NCBI GenBank assembly: GCA_039201235.1
Contig: JBCCRT010000003.1
Span: 357 to 64,356, forward strand
Origin: Planctomycetota bacterium
Lineage (GTDB): Bacteria > Planctomycetota > Phycisphaerae > Phycisphaerales > Phycisphaeraceae
Reading direction: 5' to 3'
DNA: 64,000 bases
Shown here: piece after piece, positions 43,039 to 53,986 of the stretch
How positions within the stretch are numbered: position 1 is the stretch's first letter
Layout of the letters: every line of letters begins with the position of its first letter
Notes under the pieces: model-generated
What the model saw: the letters and a program-made list of their open reading frames with translations, nothing else
Database searches by the model: none
What the model was told of the DNA's origin: nothing
Position numbers and translations under genes: made by a program

Positions 43039-43893
43039 ATGCGCATTTCTGTTTCACGTCGCAGCGCTTTCACGCTGATCGAGCTCTTGGTCGTCATCTC
43101 GATCATCGCCCTGCTCGTCGGCCTGCTGCTGCCCGCCCTCTCGGCCGCCCGCAGTACCGCCCGCTCGTCCGTCTGCCTCTCGAACCTCCGCGGGATCGGG
43201 CAGATGATGTACACCTACGCCAGCGAAAACCACGACTACCTGCCGCGGTCGTTAACGAACGACGGCGTACAACAGCACTGGGCCCACAAACTGGTCCAAT
43301 CGTCCACCGGTGCCGTGCAGGATTTCAACAACGGCGTCGAGTCGGTTCAGGTTCAAGAAAGTTTTCAGTGCCCCGAAACGACCAACGCCAACCGGGCGTC
43401 GGGTTTCTTGCTCGATAACCAATACGGGGTGAACCCGCGGCTGCTCCCGGCGTTCAACCTGCCGGACAACGTGAGGGGTACGCCGACGATCGCCCAAGTG
43501 CGGATCGACGCGGTGCAATCGGCCTCAGACGTGATGGTGGCCGTGGACGGCGCGCTGCTCAACGATACCACCCCGTACACGCCTTCGGCGTTCGCGCAGT
43601 TCGAGAGTTGGGCCATCTACGGCGGCAGCGCCGCCGGCCAGCCGCAGCACTTCTTTCTCACCAGTTATCTCAAGCAGACGGGTAACGGTGATCGATTAGA
43701 CGATTCGATCTACGGCGGCCTCAATCAGCCCTACAACGCCAACGGCGACATCCATTGGCGTCACGGGAACACCGAGCCGGGCGGCCCGGGCAACGCCAAC
43801 GCGGTCCACCTCGACGGCCACGCCTCCACCTACCAATACAACGCGCCGGGCGACACCACCATGCTGCTCCGCAACATCCTGTTGACCTTCTAA
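43039..43893 (+). CDS. prepilin-type N-terminal cleavage/methylation protein (DUF1559-like, with H-X-DG C-terminal motif)
   Basis: [32 protein letters not shown]...C.SNLR; WRH...[10 protein letters not shown]. Confidence 0.9.
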   Translation: MRISVSRRSAFTLIELLVVISIIALLVGLLLPALSAARSTARSSVCLSNLRGIGQMMYTYASENHDYLPRSLTNDGVQQHWAHKLVQSSTGAVQDFNNGVESVQVQESFQCPETTNANRASGFLLDNQYGVNPRLLPAFNLPDNVRGTPTIAQVRIDAVQSASDVMVAVDGALLNDTTPYTPSAFAQFESWAIYGGSAAGQPQHFFLTSYLKQTGNGDRLDDSIYGGLNQPYNANGDIHWRHGNTEPGGPGNANAVHLDGHASTYQYNAPGDTTMLLRNILLTF

Positions 43894-44100
43894 TCAAGTG
43901 TGTGACCGGACCGTAGACCTCCAGAGGGGCTTACTGTTTTCCGGAAACGTTCCCGCAGGTCGTGACGATGCGGATCGGTACGGCCCCCGTCTCGATGGCG
44001 GCAAGAAGTAAGCAATCACCGGCCGCCGGTGGACGGGTTCGGGCGGCACCCGTTCGGCGGACGGCCCGTCTCGAAGTTCATTGATTCAAGGACCCTTGTT

Positions 44101-45078
44101 TTGTCCGCGCACCTGTGCATCCTCCACGAAACCCCCGGCCGAGTCTGGACCGCCCTGGGCGAACGGGCGACGGTCGGGCCGCAGCACGTGGTGGTGCGAG
44201 CCGAGTTGACGGGGGTGAGTCCGGGAACCGAGCTTCGAATGTTGTCGACCGCCGAGGGGTCGAACGTTCCCTACGTTCCGGGCTACTGTGTGGCGGGCCG
44301 GGTGATGTCGGGTGGCAAGGCGGCGGGGCTTGAGGTTGGTCAACGCGTGCTTTGCCCCGGCGGTGAGACGGGCGGGGGCCTGGCGCGGGGCTACGGCGGG
44401 CACCAGGCGGTCCACGTTGTGCCGGGCGACAGTGTGCTGGTCGTGCCCGAGGGTTTGTCCGCCGAGGCGGTGGTGCTGAACAAGCTCGCCTCGATCGCCC
44501 ACCGGGGGATGGTTGCCGGCCGGGCCGCCGCGGGCCAGCGGGTCCTCGTCGTCGGGCTGGGTGTCGTCGGCCAGCTCGCGGCTCGGCTGTGGCACGAAGC
44601 CGGGGCGAGGGTGACGGCGGCGGATCGGATCGCGTTCCGCCGGGAGGTGGCGGCCGCCGCGGGGATCGACGTGGCCGCGGACTTGGCGGCGGCCGGAACG
44701 GTCTATGACGCGGTGGTCGATTGTACGGGGGTGCCGGCGGTCATGGCCCCGGCGATGCGGGTTCTACGGCAGGACCCGTGGACCGGAGGCGACGACCCTG
44801 GGCCGACCTACGTGCTACAGGGCAGCTACGCCGGCGAGGTCTCGTTTGCGTACCGCGAGGCGTTCCAGCGCCAAGTCACGATGGTGGTCCCGCGCGATTC
44901 CACGATAAGTGACCAAGGTGCGACGCTGGCGCTGATCGCCGCGGGCCGGCTCCGGCTCGACGACCTGCTGACCCGGATCGCCGATCCGGCCGACGCCGCC
45001 GACACCTACGCCGCGCTGTCCCGACCCGAAACCAACGACCGGACGCTCGGCGTGGCGTTCCGCTGGCCGTCGGGCTGA
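44101..45078 (+). CDS. medium-chain dehydrogenase/reductase (alcohol dehydrogenase-like)
   Basis: 'GVSPGTE', 'VPGYCVAGRV', Rossmann 'VLVVGLGVVG', 'VVDCTG'. The canonical catalytic-zinc GHE motif is replaced by GYC. Start uncertain (TTG). Confidence 0.8.
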   Translation: MSAHLCILHETPGRVWTALGERATVGPQHVVVRAELTGVSPGTELRMLSTAEGSNVPYVPGYCVAGRVMSGGKAAGLEVGQRVLCPGGETGGGLARGYGGHQAVHVVPGDSVLVVPEGLSAEAVVLNKLASIAHRGMVAGRAAAGQRVLVVGLGVVGQLAARLWHEAGARVTAADRIAFRREVAAAAGIDVAADLAAAGTVYDAVVDCTGVPAVMAPAMRVLRQDPWTGGDDPGPTYVLQGSYAGEVSFAYREAFQRQVTMVVPRDSTISDQGATLALIAAGRLRLDDLLTRIADPADAADTYAALSRPETNDRTLGVAFRWPSG

Positions 45079-45159
45079 CCGCCCGCCGCAGCGTTTTTTC
45101 TCACGCACGGCCCGACGGCGTGCCGCTTCGACCCGTGACCCGCACGAGGAATCACTTCC

Positions 45160-48100
45160 ATGACGATCCCCCGCTCCTTGTTTCAACGGATGGCCCGCCG
45201 GGCCGTATGGCTCGGTTGCCTGATTGCGGTGCCGACTGCGTCGGTCGGCGAGGTGCTCATCGGCCCGGGTCAGACCTCGATCATGTTCAGCTTCAACGAC
45301 TGGGAAGACCGGGCGCAGACCACCAGCGACGCCATCACGCTCCGCGGCGAAGGGGTCACGGGCAACGGCGGCATGGGTAAGAATGTCAACCTCGACCTCT
45401 CGGGCCGGCAGGACGAGCGTCTGTCCATGACCGTCCAGCAACTCGACGGCAACCGGACTCGGATCGTCAAAGCCATCCTCATCGACGCCGACGGCACGCA
45501 CGCCGTCTACCACTTCTTGCTCAATCAGGCGGCGACGGGTGAGCCGACCACGCTGCCGCCGCAAGACGGCCGGACGTTGAAGAATCCGATCGGCAACAAC
45601 AACAAACCCGGGGACACGCCCGGCCTGGACCTGACCAACATCGTGCAGTGGCAGGTCCACGGCGACTGGCAGGGCCAGCCGCTGGCCATACGGATCACCG
45701 GACTCCGCGTCGGCGAGGCGGAGCCCGACCGCGACGCCCCGGTCGTGGAGCCGACCTCGAACGACGGCGGGCAAGGACCCGACGCGGCCGAGGTTATCGT
45801 CGGGCCCGGCAACTACGAAACGTGGTTTTCCTTCAATACCTGGGAGGATCGGCCGGAGGCGACGGACGACGGCCTAGTCATCGCCGGCCCCGGCGTCACC
45901 GGCAGCGGTGGCGCGGGCAAGGTGCAGTCGATCGACCTCGCCGGGCTCGAGGGCGCCCGGCTGGCCGTCACGGTCACGCCCCACGAGGGCAACCAGACGC
46001 GGGGGATGAAGTTCGTGCTGGTTGATGCCGACGGGACCCAAGGCGTCTGGGACTTCCGGCTGCCGGCAGATGCGGCGGGCGTCTCGTCAGTGGTCTACCC
46101 GACCCAAACCACCAACACCCTGTCCGACCCGCCGAACAACAACAACCGGCCCGGCGACGTCGCGGGGCTGGACCTGGGCAACATCGCGTCCTGGCAGATC
46201 CACGGCGACTGGCAGGGCCGGCCGCTGGCGATGACGATCCAGCGGATCGCCGTGGTGGGCGAGCGGACCGCTTCCGAAACGGCCGAGGCTTTACCCGGAA
46301 TCCCCGCGCTGCGGGTGCCGTCCCGGCCGCGGCCGCGCTCCGCGGACTCGCCGGTCGTCGAGCGCGCCTTCACCGTCGCCCCCGACCTCGTCGCCGTCGA
46401 CATCCGTGCCCGCCAGGTGCACGCCGCGAAGACCGAGCCCTACGTCGAGCGGCCCGGCGACGAGGTCAAAACCTATTTTCGCAAGACCAACGGCGTAACC
46501 AACGTCGTGTTTCTCGAACGCGACGGCAAACCGGTCGGCCGGCTCGTCGGCACCGACCGCGACACCGTGATCTACCACGAAACGATCACCGGCGAGCCGT
46601 TCGAAGCACCCGTCGCGATGGACCCGCAGCAGTACCACGTCCAGAGCGACGACGACGCGGCGTACCGCGACGGCGTAACCCCGCAAGCCGTGCACCAGAA
46701 AGCAACCGTCATCGACCACGTCGAGCACGACAACCAGCAGGTCGCCATGCGGCACCGGCTGTACCTGCAACTACCTCGGCCGCTCACGCCCGGCGTGACC
46801 TACACGATCGACCTCCGCCAGAACAACACTCGCCAACCGACGGTCGATCTGACTTACGACCCCCGCGCCGTCCGCTCGGAAGCGGTCCACGTCAACCAGA
46901 TCGGCTACCACCCGCGGGACCCGGTCAAACGGGCGTATCTGTCGCAGTGGCTCGGCACCGGCGGCGCGTACCGCTACGACTTGCCGCTGAAGTTTCACCT
47001 GATCGACCAGGACTCGGGCGAGTCGGTCTACGAGGGCTCGGTCGAGCTCGCGTTGGCGGCGGACGAAACCGAGCCACGCCGCCGGACCGGCAACCACAAC
47101 GGCACCGACGTCTACCACCTCGACTTCTCCGACTTCGATCGACCCGGCACGTACCGCGTCAGCGTCGAGGGCGTCGGCACGAGCTTCCCGTTCGAGGTCT
47201 CGGAGTCGGCGTGGACCGAGGCGTTCAGGGTCGCGATGGCCGGCTTCCTGCACCAACGCAGCGGCCTCGAACTCGGCCCGCCTTTCACCGACTATGTTCG
47301 GCCACGCAACATGCACCCGGCCGACGGCATCCGCATCTTCGAGTCCGAAGCCACCCTGATGGACACACACATGGGCCTGGGCCTGAAAGGCAAGAACACG
47401 TTCGCCGCCTTGTTCAACGGCAAGACCGACCGCGTCGTCGAAGACGCCTGGGGCGGGTACATGGACGCCGGCGACTGGGACCGGCGGGTGCAACACCTCT
47501 CGGCCAGCACCGCCAAGCTCGAACTGCTCGAGCTCTTTCCCAAGACGTTCGCGGACCTCATGCTCACGTTGCCGCCCGACGAGGCCGGCAACCAACTGCC
47601 CGATGTCATCGATGAGGTCTTGTGGAACCTAGATTTCTACCGCCGGCTGCAGCACGACGACGGCGGCGTACCCGGCGGCGTCGAGTCGGCCGAGCACCCG
47701 GTCGGCGGCGAGACGAGTTGGCAGGAATCGCTGGACATCTTCGTCTTCGCCCCCGACCCCTGGGCGTCCTACCTGTATGCGGGCGCCGCGGCCCGCCTGG
47801 CGTATGTACTTCAAGACCACGACACCGAGCTGGCGGACACCTACGCCCGTAGCGCCGAAAACGCCTTCGCCTGGGCCGAGGCCCGCCACCCCGAACTGGT
47901 GAAGCGGCACGGGGAATCGCGGAAGTTCTGGCGGGTCCGCGACGCCCGCAACCTGTCGTCGCTTCAACTCTACCGCCTGACCGAGGAACCGTCGTACCAC
48001 GACATCTTTATGCAGCAGACTTCGTTCACCGACCCCGACGCGCCGGTCGGCCGGTGGGGCTCGCACCACGACCACGACGCGGCGTTTATTTACGCCCGCC

Positions 48101-48690
48101 TCGACGATCGGCTGGCGGACCCCGCGATCAAGAAGCGGGCCAAAGCTGCCCTGCTCGAAGAGGCCGACTTCGGTATCGGATACCTCCAAGCCAACGCGTT
48201 TAATCTGACCGCGACGCACCGCGACATGCCCTACCACTGGGGGTTATACGGCAGCCCGGACGCGGCGATCTCGCTGATCCGCGCAGACTATTTGGCGGAC
48301 GATGACCGCTACCTCGGGGCGGCCCTGCTCGCGGCGAACTACTCGGCCGGGGCCAACCCGATGAACACTACATTCATGTCGGGTCTCGGCAGCCGGTTCC
48401 CGCTGAACGTCCACCACCTCGACAGCCGGCGGACCGGCCAGGACCCGCCGCGGGGCGTGCCGGTCTACGGCCAGTACGACCCCAAAGACGACCTCGCGCA
48501 AGATGACGGCGTGCGCTGGCCGATGACGTGGGTCTTCGACCCCCGCAACATCCCGGCGGGCACGGACTGGCCGGCAAACGAAGCCTACTTCGATGTGTTC
48601 AGCAACATCGCACACAACGAGTTCACCGTACACCAGTCGCAGCGGCCCAGCGTCCACGTCTGGGGTTACCTGGCGGCCCGCCCGCGGTGA
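45160..48690 (+). CDS. glycoside hydrolase family 9 with Ig-like domain and two N-terminal repeated modules
   Basis: Signal peptide; 'VHVNQIGY', 'DFSDFDRPGTY', 'GGYMDAGDWD', 'GANPMN', 'NEFTV' (candidate catalytic Glu). Confidence 0.85.
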   Translation: MTIPRSLFQRMARRAVWLGCLIAVPTASVGEVLIGPGQTSIMFSFNDWEDRAQTTSDAITLRGEGVTGNGGMGKNVNLDLSGRQDERLSMTVQQLDGNRTRIVKAILIDADGTHAVYHFLLNQAATGEPTTLPPQDGRTLKNPIGNNNKPGDTPGLDLTNIVQWQVHGDWQGQPLAIRITGLRVGEAEPDRDAPVVEPTSNDGGQGPDAAEVIVGPGNYETWFSFNTWEDRPEATDDGLVIAGPGVTGSGGAGKVQSIDLAGLEGARLAVTVTPHEGNQTRGMKFVLVDADGTQGVWDFRLPADAAGVSSVVYPTQTTNTLSDPPNNNNRPGDVAGLDLGNIASWQIHGDWQGRPLAMTIQRIAVVGERTASETAEALPGIPALRVPSRPRPRSADSPVVERAFTVAPDLVAVDIRARQVHAAKTEPYVERPGDEVKTYFRKTNGVTNVVFLERDGKPVGRLVGTDRDTVIYHETITGEPFEAPVAMDPQQYHVQSDDDAAYRDGVTPQAVHQKATVIDHVEHDNQQVAMRHRLYLQLPRPLTPGVTYTIDLRQNNTRQPTVDLTYDPRAVRSEAVHVNQIGYHPRDPVKRAYLSQWLGTGGAYRYDLPLKFHLIDQDSGESVYEGSVELALAADETEPRRRTGNHNGTDVYHLDFSDFDRPGTYRVSVEGVGTSFPFEVSESAWTEAFRVAMAGFLHQRSGLELGPPFTDYVRPRNMHPADGIRIFESEATLMDTHMGLGLKGKNTFAALFNGKTDRVVEDAWGGYMDAGDWDRRVQHLSASTAKLELLELFPKTFADLMLTLPPDEAGNQLPDVIDEVLWNLDFYRRLQHDDGGVPGGVESAEHPVGGETSWQESLDIFVFAPDPWASYLYAGAAARLAYVLQDHDTELADTYARSAENAFAWAEARHPELVKRHGESRKFWRVRDARNLSSLQLYRLTEEPSYHDIFMQQTSFTDPDAPVGRWGSHHDHDAAFIYARLDDRLADPAIKKRAKAALLEEADFGIGYLQANAFNLTATHRDMPYHWGLYGSPDAAISLIRADYLADDDRYLGAALLAANYSAGANPMNTTFMSGLGSRFPLNVHHLDSRRTGQDPPRGVPVYGQYDPKDDLAQDDGVRWPMTWVFDPRNIPAGTDWPANEAYFDVFSNIAHNEFTVHQSQRPSVHVWGYLAARPR

Positions 48691-48783
48691 GATGCGATGA
48701 CGCAAGACGTCTACTCGAAACTATAGACGCCGGTGGCTCTAAATCAGTTAATCAAAATATCCTTGAATGAGAATTGGAAACCA

Positions 48784-49587
48784 ATGAATACCAACCAATA
48801 TTGTGTACTTGATTTTTCTCTGCAGTCGACCGTCGAGTTGTCGGCGCCCGGCCTATCCGAGCGTTTTGACCGTGACGGCGTACTGGTCCTGCCCGACTTC
48901 TTCGACCACCACGTCCTCGACGGGCTGAACGCCGCGATGGACGGGTATTTCGAGCCCCGCGCGGCCGAGGCCCTGGCCATGAGCGGTGGTCATCAACAGC
49001 GCACGGCGAAATTCGCCTGCGATGTGATTTCTTGGGACCCGGTCAAGACCAAGCACCCGCTGTTCGTTGGGTTACGGGAAAGCAGTGCTCTGCGGGAGGT
49101 AACCGAGTGCCTCCTGGGGCCGGGGTTCAGCACCCCGGCGAGTCTGGTGATGTTTAGCGTGGGTGGCGGCCGGGGACAGGCCTGGCATCAGGATTGCCCG
49201 ATCGAGGAGGAGGCCGGCTTCAACCTCAACCGCTTGATTTACACGCGGGACGTCGATCCGGCCGACGGGGCCATCGTCGTGGTACCCGGCAGCCACCGCG
49301 CGGGCCGCATCCCGCCGGGCGGGCACCAGGACCCGATGCCGGACGAGGTGATGCTGTGTCCGCGTGCGGGCACCCTGGTCATGCTGCACGGGCACGTCTA
49401 TCACCGGGTGACGCCGAATGCCGGCACTCGGCCGCGTCTGAGCATCAACCTCCGCGCTTACCCACAAAACGTCGATCCCGACATCAATTGCATCGGCGTA
49501 TACCGCAACGGAACTATCGATTTTTGCGACCACACCCGCGGGCCTAACTCAGGCGTTGAACCAGAAGCTGCAGAAACACAATCTTGA
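48784..49587 (+). CDS. phytanoyl-CoA dioxygenase (PhyH) family 2OG-Fe(II) oxygenase
   Basis: 'FDRDGVLVLPDFF', WHQD, 'VVPGSH', 'YHRVTPN...RLS'. Confidence 0.85.
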   Translation: MNTNQYCVLDFSLQSTVELSAPGLSERFDRDGVLVLPDFFDHHVLDGLNAAMDGYFEPRAAEALAMSGGHQQRTAKFACDVISWDPVKTKHPLFVGLRESSALREVTECLLGPGFSTPASLVMFSVGGGRGQAWHQDCPIEEEAGFNLNRLIYTRDVDPADGAIVVVPGSHRAGRIPPGGHQDPMPDEVMLCPRAGTLVMLHGHVYHRVTPNAGTRPRLSINLRAYPQNVDPDINCIGVYRNGTIDFCDHTRGPNSGVEPEAAETQS

Positions 49588-49677
49588 TGGGCTGAGCTCT
49601 TCTTCCCGTAATTAGATACCAGCCTCTTCGGTTAAACCTTTTCTGATATTGCAATCTTCCCTGTTTTGAGACATTCA

Positions 49678-50530
49678 GAAAGTGTGTGAGAAGCCTCGCT
49701 TTCGCAGATGAGTCGGGTATGACACGGACGTCTTACTCCTCGGACCTGACCGATCGGCAGTGGTCGATCATCGAGCCGGTGAACCCGCCTGCCGAGCCCG
49801 GCGGACGTGAGCGTAGCGTTGACATGCGGGAGGTGATCAACGGCATCCTCTACCTCAACCGCACCGGCTGCTCCCGGCGGATGCTGTCGCACGAGTTACC
49901 GCCCTAGGGCACGGTGCATTACTACTACCGCCGGTTCCGCCTCGACGGCTCGTGGCAACGGGTCCACGACAAGCTGCGCGAGAAGGCGCGACGTAAAGCC
50001 GGTAAGAAGCCGACGCCCTTCGCGACGATCATCGACTCGCAATCGGTAAAGACCGACGCCCCGAAAAAGGGGGTGCTCATGGGTACGACGCGGGCAAGAA
50101 AACCCTTGGCCGCAAGCGGCACCTGATCGTTGACACGCTCGGCCTGATCATCGCGGTGGTGGTGCATGGGGCCGACGTTCAGGACCGCGATGGCAGCGAC
50201 GAGGTGTTGTTCAAGATCGTCGGTTTGTTCCATCGCTTGGAGTTGATCTGGGCCGACGGCGGGTACGCGGGGCAGTTCGTCGAGGAGGCTAAGTTGTTCT
50301 TCGGCCGAGTCATCGAGATCGTGAAACGCAGCGACGATGTGAAGGGGTTCTAGGTGTTGCCCAAACGCTGGATCGTGGAACGTACCTTCAGTTGGCTGGG
50401 CAAGTATCGACGACTGAGTAAGGACTACGAGAGCGACCCAAGGAGCAGTGAAGCGATGATCCACCTGGCCGTAATTAACCTGATGCTTCACCGGCTAGAG
50501 CCGGGGTAAGGTGGCTTCTCACATACGTTC
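49678..50530 (+). mobile_element. IS5 family (IS1031-like) insertion sequence, 853 bp, inactivated
   Basis: Imperfect TIRs GAAAGTGTGTGAGAAGCC / GGCTTCTCACATACGTTC; 3-bp TCA target duplication (49675-49677, 50531-50533). Confidence 0.85.
49719..50509 (+). pseudogene. IS5-family transposase pseudogene
   Basis: YSSDLTDRQW, IIDSQSVK, -1 shift at [38 protein letters not shown]; in-frame TAG at 49905-49907 and 50351-50353. Confidence 0.88.
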
Positions 50531-50615
50531 TCAAAAATAGAGAACCTTGTGTTTCTTTGTAGCTATATCGTACATTGAGCTGATTTTTCTGATTTACGAT
50601 CAAGGAAGATCATCG

Positions 50616-51737
50616 ATGGCACATCAAGATAAGGTGGTCGTGCGGTTAGACGAGGCTCAGCGGGAGGCGTTGCGGAAGATCGTGCGGAGCTGCAGGCACC
50701 CGGCGGCGTTGCTGCGGCGGGCGTACGTGCTGCTCAAGACCGACGCGGACGGGCCGGAGGGCTGGAGCGACGAGCGGGTCGCCGAGGCGCTAAGCACCAG
50801 CCGGATGACGGTGCAGCGGATGCGTCAACAGTTCGCCCGTGAGGGTCTGGACGCGACGCTGCACCGCAGGCGGCCGACCGGGCGTCAGTACCGCAAGCTC
50901 GACGGCCAGCATGAGGCGAAGCTCGTGCGATCGCCTGCTCGCCGCCGCCGGAAGGGCGCAGCCGCTGGACGATGAAGCTGATGGCCGACCGGCTGGTCGA
51001 GCTGGATGTGGTCGAGTCGATCGACCCCGCGACGGTGTGTCGGACGCTCAAAAAAATGAGATCAAGCCCTGGCTTAAACAGCAGTAAGTGATCCCGCCCA
51101 AGGCCAGTGCCGCGTTTGTCGCACCAATGGAAGATGTGCTGGACGTCTATGAGAAGCCTTACGATCCCGACTACCCGGTGGTCTGTGTCGATGAAGGCGG
51201 CAAGCAGTTGATCGGCGAGGTGCGTGAGCCGCGGCCGGTACGGCCGGGCCGAGCGGCCAGGCAGGACAGCGAGTACAAGCGCGGCGGGATGGCCATCCTG
51301 TTCACGCCTTTGAGCCGCTGGCGGGCAAGCGTCACGTCGAGGTAACGGCCCGCAAGCGAAATGTTGACTTCGCGCACTTCATGAAGCAACTGGCCGGCGA
51401 GCGGTACCCCGGCGCCGAGAAGATCTTGCTGGTCTGCGACAACCTCAGCACGCACTCACCTGCGGCCTTCTACGGAGCGTTCGAGCCCGCTGAAGCCCGA
51501 TGCTTGTCCCAGCGCTTCGAGTGGCACTAAACCCCAATGTATACCAGCTGGCTCAAAGTCGCGGAGACGGAGTTGAGTGAGCTCGCCCGCCAGTGCCTGG
51601 ACCGTCGCATCCCCGACCGGGACACGCTGGCCCGCGAGGTCGCTGCTTGGGAGCGGAAACGCAACGCGGCAGTGACCGGCGTCCGATGGCAATTCACCAC
51701 CGCCGATGCACGAATCAAACTGAGTAAGCTCTACCCG
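50616..51737 (+). pseudogene. IS630-family transposase pseudogene
   Basis: HTH part 'RRAYVLLK.D...WSDERVAEAL', 'LKKNEIKPW', 'MEDVLDVY..PYDP..PVVCVDE', 'CDNLSTH', 'WQFTTADARIKLSKLYP'; several frameshifts and stops. Confidence 0.88.
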
Positions 51738-52315
51738 GCGAGGACGAAACGATCGAGGGCGCGGTCTCGCTGCTTCCCGAGTTGTTCGACGGGACGGTAG
51801 TGACCACGAACTTCGACCGGTTGTTGGAGCGGGTGTATCAGGACGCCGGTCGGCCGTTCGAGGAGAAGTGCACCGGCCGGGGGAGCACCGACGCGTTTTT
51901 CCGGGCGATCCCGGCCGGAGAGCGGTATCTACTCAAGCTGCACGGCAACATCGATAACGCCGGCGAGCGCATCCTCAGCCGCGACGAGTACAACGCCGCG
52001 TACGGACAAGACGAGAACATCGACAAGAACTTCCCGCTGCCGCGTGTTTTGGATCGCCTATTTTCTAGCTACAGCCTGCTGTTTCTGGGGTGCAGCCTCG
52101 CGGCAGACCGGACGATCCAGACCTTCTCCCGCGTGGTGGCGGACCGCCAGGCCGCAACGCTACCGAGGCACTACGCGATCCTCCCGGCGTCGGACGATGA
52201 CGACGATCGGCGGGCCATGGATCAGCGGCTCGCCGAGGCGAACATCACCCCGCTGTGGTACCCGGCGGAAGACCACGACCACGTCGAACAGATTCTCAAC
52301 CTGATCGGCGCGTGA
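51734..52315 (+). pseudogene. 5'-truncated SIR2-like (SIR2_2) domain protein
   Basis: 'VVTTNFDRLLE', 'LLKLHG', 'LLFLGCSL..DRT'. The frame runs upstream directly into the end of the IS630 transposase, so the N-terminus is missing. Confidence 0.75.
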
Positions 52316-52381
52316 GACGAACCGGGTAGCTTCCGAACACGGTGAAGCGCGGCCGGCTTGTGGCAGGAAAGGGAACACGGC

Positions 52382-53509
52382 ATGCCCCTGGAACTCGATG
52401 CGTGGCGGATCGACGGCGATCGGGCCAAGCCCATGGCGTTCACGCCGCTGGACTTCGAGCAGTGTCTCTAAAACCTGCTGGCCGCCAACATCGGCGTCGC
52501 CGATCCGAACCTGCTGCTCATCGGCCGGGAGCTCGCGACCGACACGGGTAAGAAGATCGACCTGCTCGCGATGAACCGCGACGGGCACCTGGTTGTGCTC
52601 GAACTCAAGCGGGACAAGACGCCCCGCGACATCGTTGCGCAGGTGCTGGACTACGGCGCGTGGGTCCGCACCCTGGACGACGGCGACATCGCCGCGATCT
52701 TCGAGGCGTACCGGCAGAAGCACCATCCCGATCAACCGAGCCGTTCGATCAACGAAGCCTTTAGCGAGCGTTTCGGGATGCCGGCTATGCCGGAAGAGTT
52801 GAACGAGGTACACGAGCTGGTCATCGTCGCCTCGCGGCTGGACCCCGCCTCGGAGCGGATCGTCGATTACTTGGCCGAGCAGTACGACGTGAACATCAAC
52901 GCCGTGTTCTTTCGGTGCTTCAAGGACGAAGACCGCGAATACCTCACTCGGGCGTGGCTGCGCCCGCCGGGCTTCCGCGACCTCTTGGAGGCCGGCGAGG
53001 CGGGGACCGGCGGCGGCCCGGGCGGCGGCCCGGGTCCGAAAGGGCCTTGGAACGGCGAGTACTACGTGTCGTATGGCGTCTACCCGCATCGCCGTTGGGA
53101 AGACGCGCAGAAGTACGGCTACATCGCCGCAGGCGGCGGGTCTTGGTACACCAACACGTTGCAAATGCTCTCCCCGGGCGACCGGGTTTGGGTCAACGTG
53201 CCGGGTCACGGCTACGTCGGCGTAGGGACGGTCAAAGAGCCGGTGGTCCCAATCACCGAGTGTCTCGTGGATGGTCCAGACGGCCAACAGATGACGCTCA
53301 TGGACGCACCGACGGAGGCGCCAGCGTTTGGCCTGCATCCCGAAAAAATGGAGCACATCGTCCGCGTCGATTGGATCAAGACCGTGCCCCTGAACGGCGC
53401 GATCAAGGAGAAGGGATTCTTCGGCAACCAGAACACGGTCGCCGCGCCCAAGGCGGCGAAGTGGGAACACACGGTCCGGCGGCTTAAGCAACGCTTCGGT
53501 ATCGCATGA
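52382..53509 (+). pseudogene. NucS/DUF91-like PD-(D/E)XK endonuclease with a premature stop
   Basis: ATG 52382 MPLELDAWRID...FEQCL* (TAA 52469-52471), then in frame LLLIGRELATDTGKKIDLLAMNRDGHLVVLELKR. Confidence 0.8.
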
Positions 53510-53875
53510 ATGGCCGACCGTTTCGTCGATCCGGCCCCGAACAGTGGCCAGCAGGTATCAGCCGACATGCGGATCTCACACGCGTTCTTCGCTTGTACTC
53601 ACCTCGCCTCGCTTCCTGCCTCAATGATCGACGCTCGCCATCGGCACCTGAGGAGGGCGAGAGAAGCAGAATCCAGAATCTCCTGGAGGACCGCGCTCGT
53701 CGAGCCAAGACTCACCGTACCGTCCCCGTCACCCACCGGGCATCTGGTGGTCACCCTCCGGTCACCTGTGGTCGTGGGGCGTCTTGGCTGGTAAACTTGG
53801 ATTTCCAATCGAGTTTTGGTTGGAAACGTGGTTGGAAGGCCTCTTGATCGGCCATAGACCTAATAGATTTGAGAT

Positions 53876-53906
53876 CCGCAAGCCTCTCATTAACAAAGGC
53901 TTGCGG
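53876..53906. repeat. perfect 10-bp inverted repeat 7 nt upstream of tRNA-Gly
   Basis: ccgcaagcct-N11-aggcttgcgg. A degenerate copy with the same CAAG-N17-CTTG spacing lies at 39989-40013. Confidence 0.7.
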
Positions 53907-53913
53907 TCAAAAA

Positions 53914-53977
<64 letters not shown>

Positions 53978-53986
<9 letters not shown>

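Noticed and set aside
49719-52471. In-frame stops as possible stop-codon recoding
   Set aside because: The stops are mixed (TAG, TAA), come with frameshifts and are confined to IS/defence remnants, while intact genes use all three stops normally. Ordinary decay.
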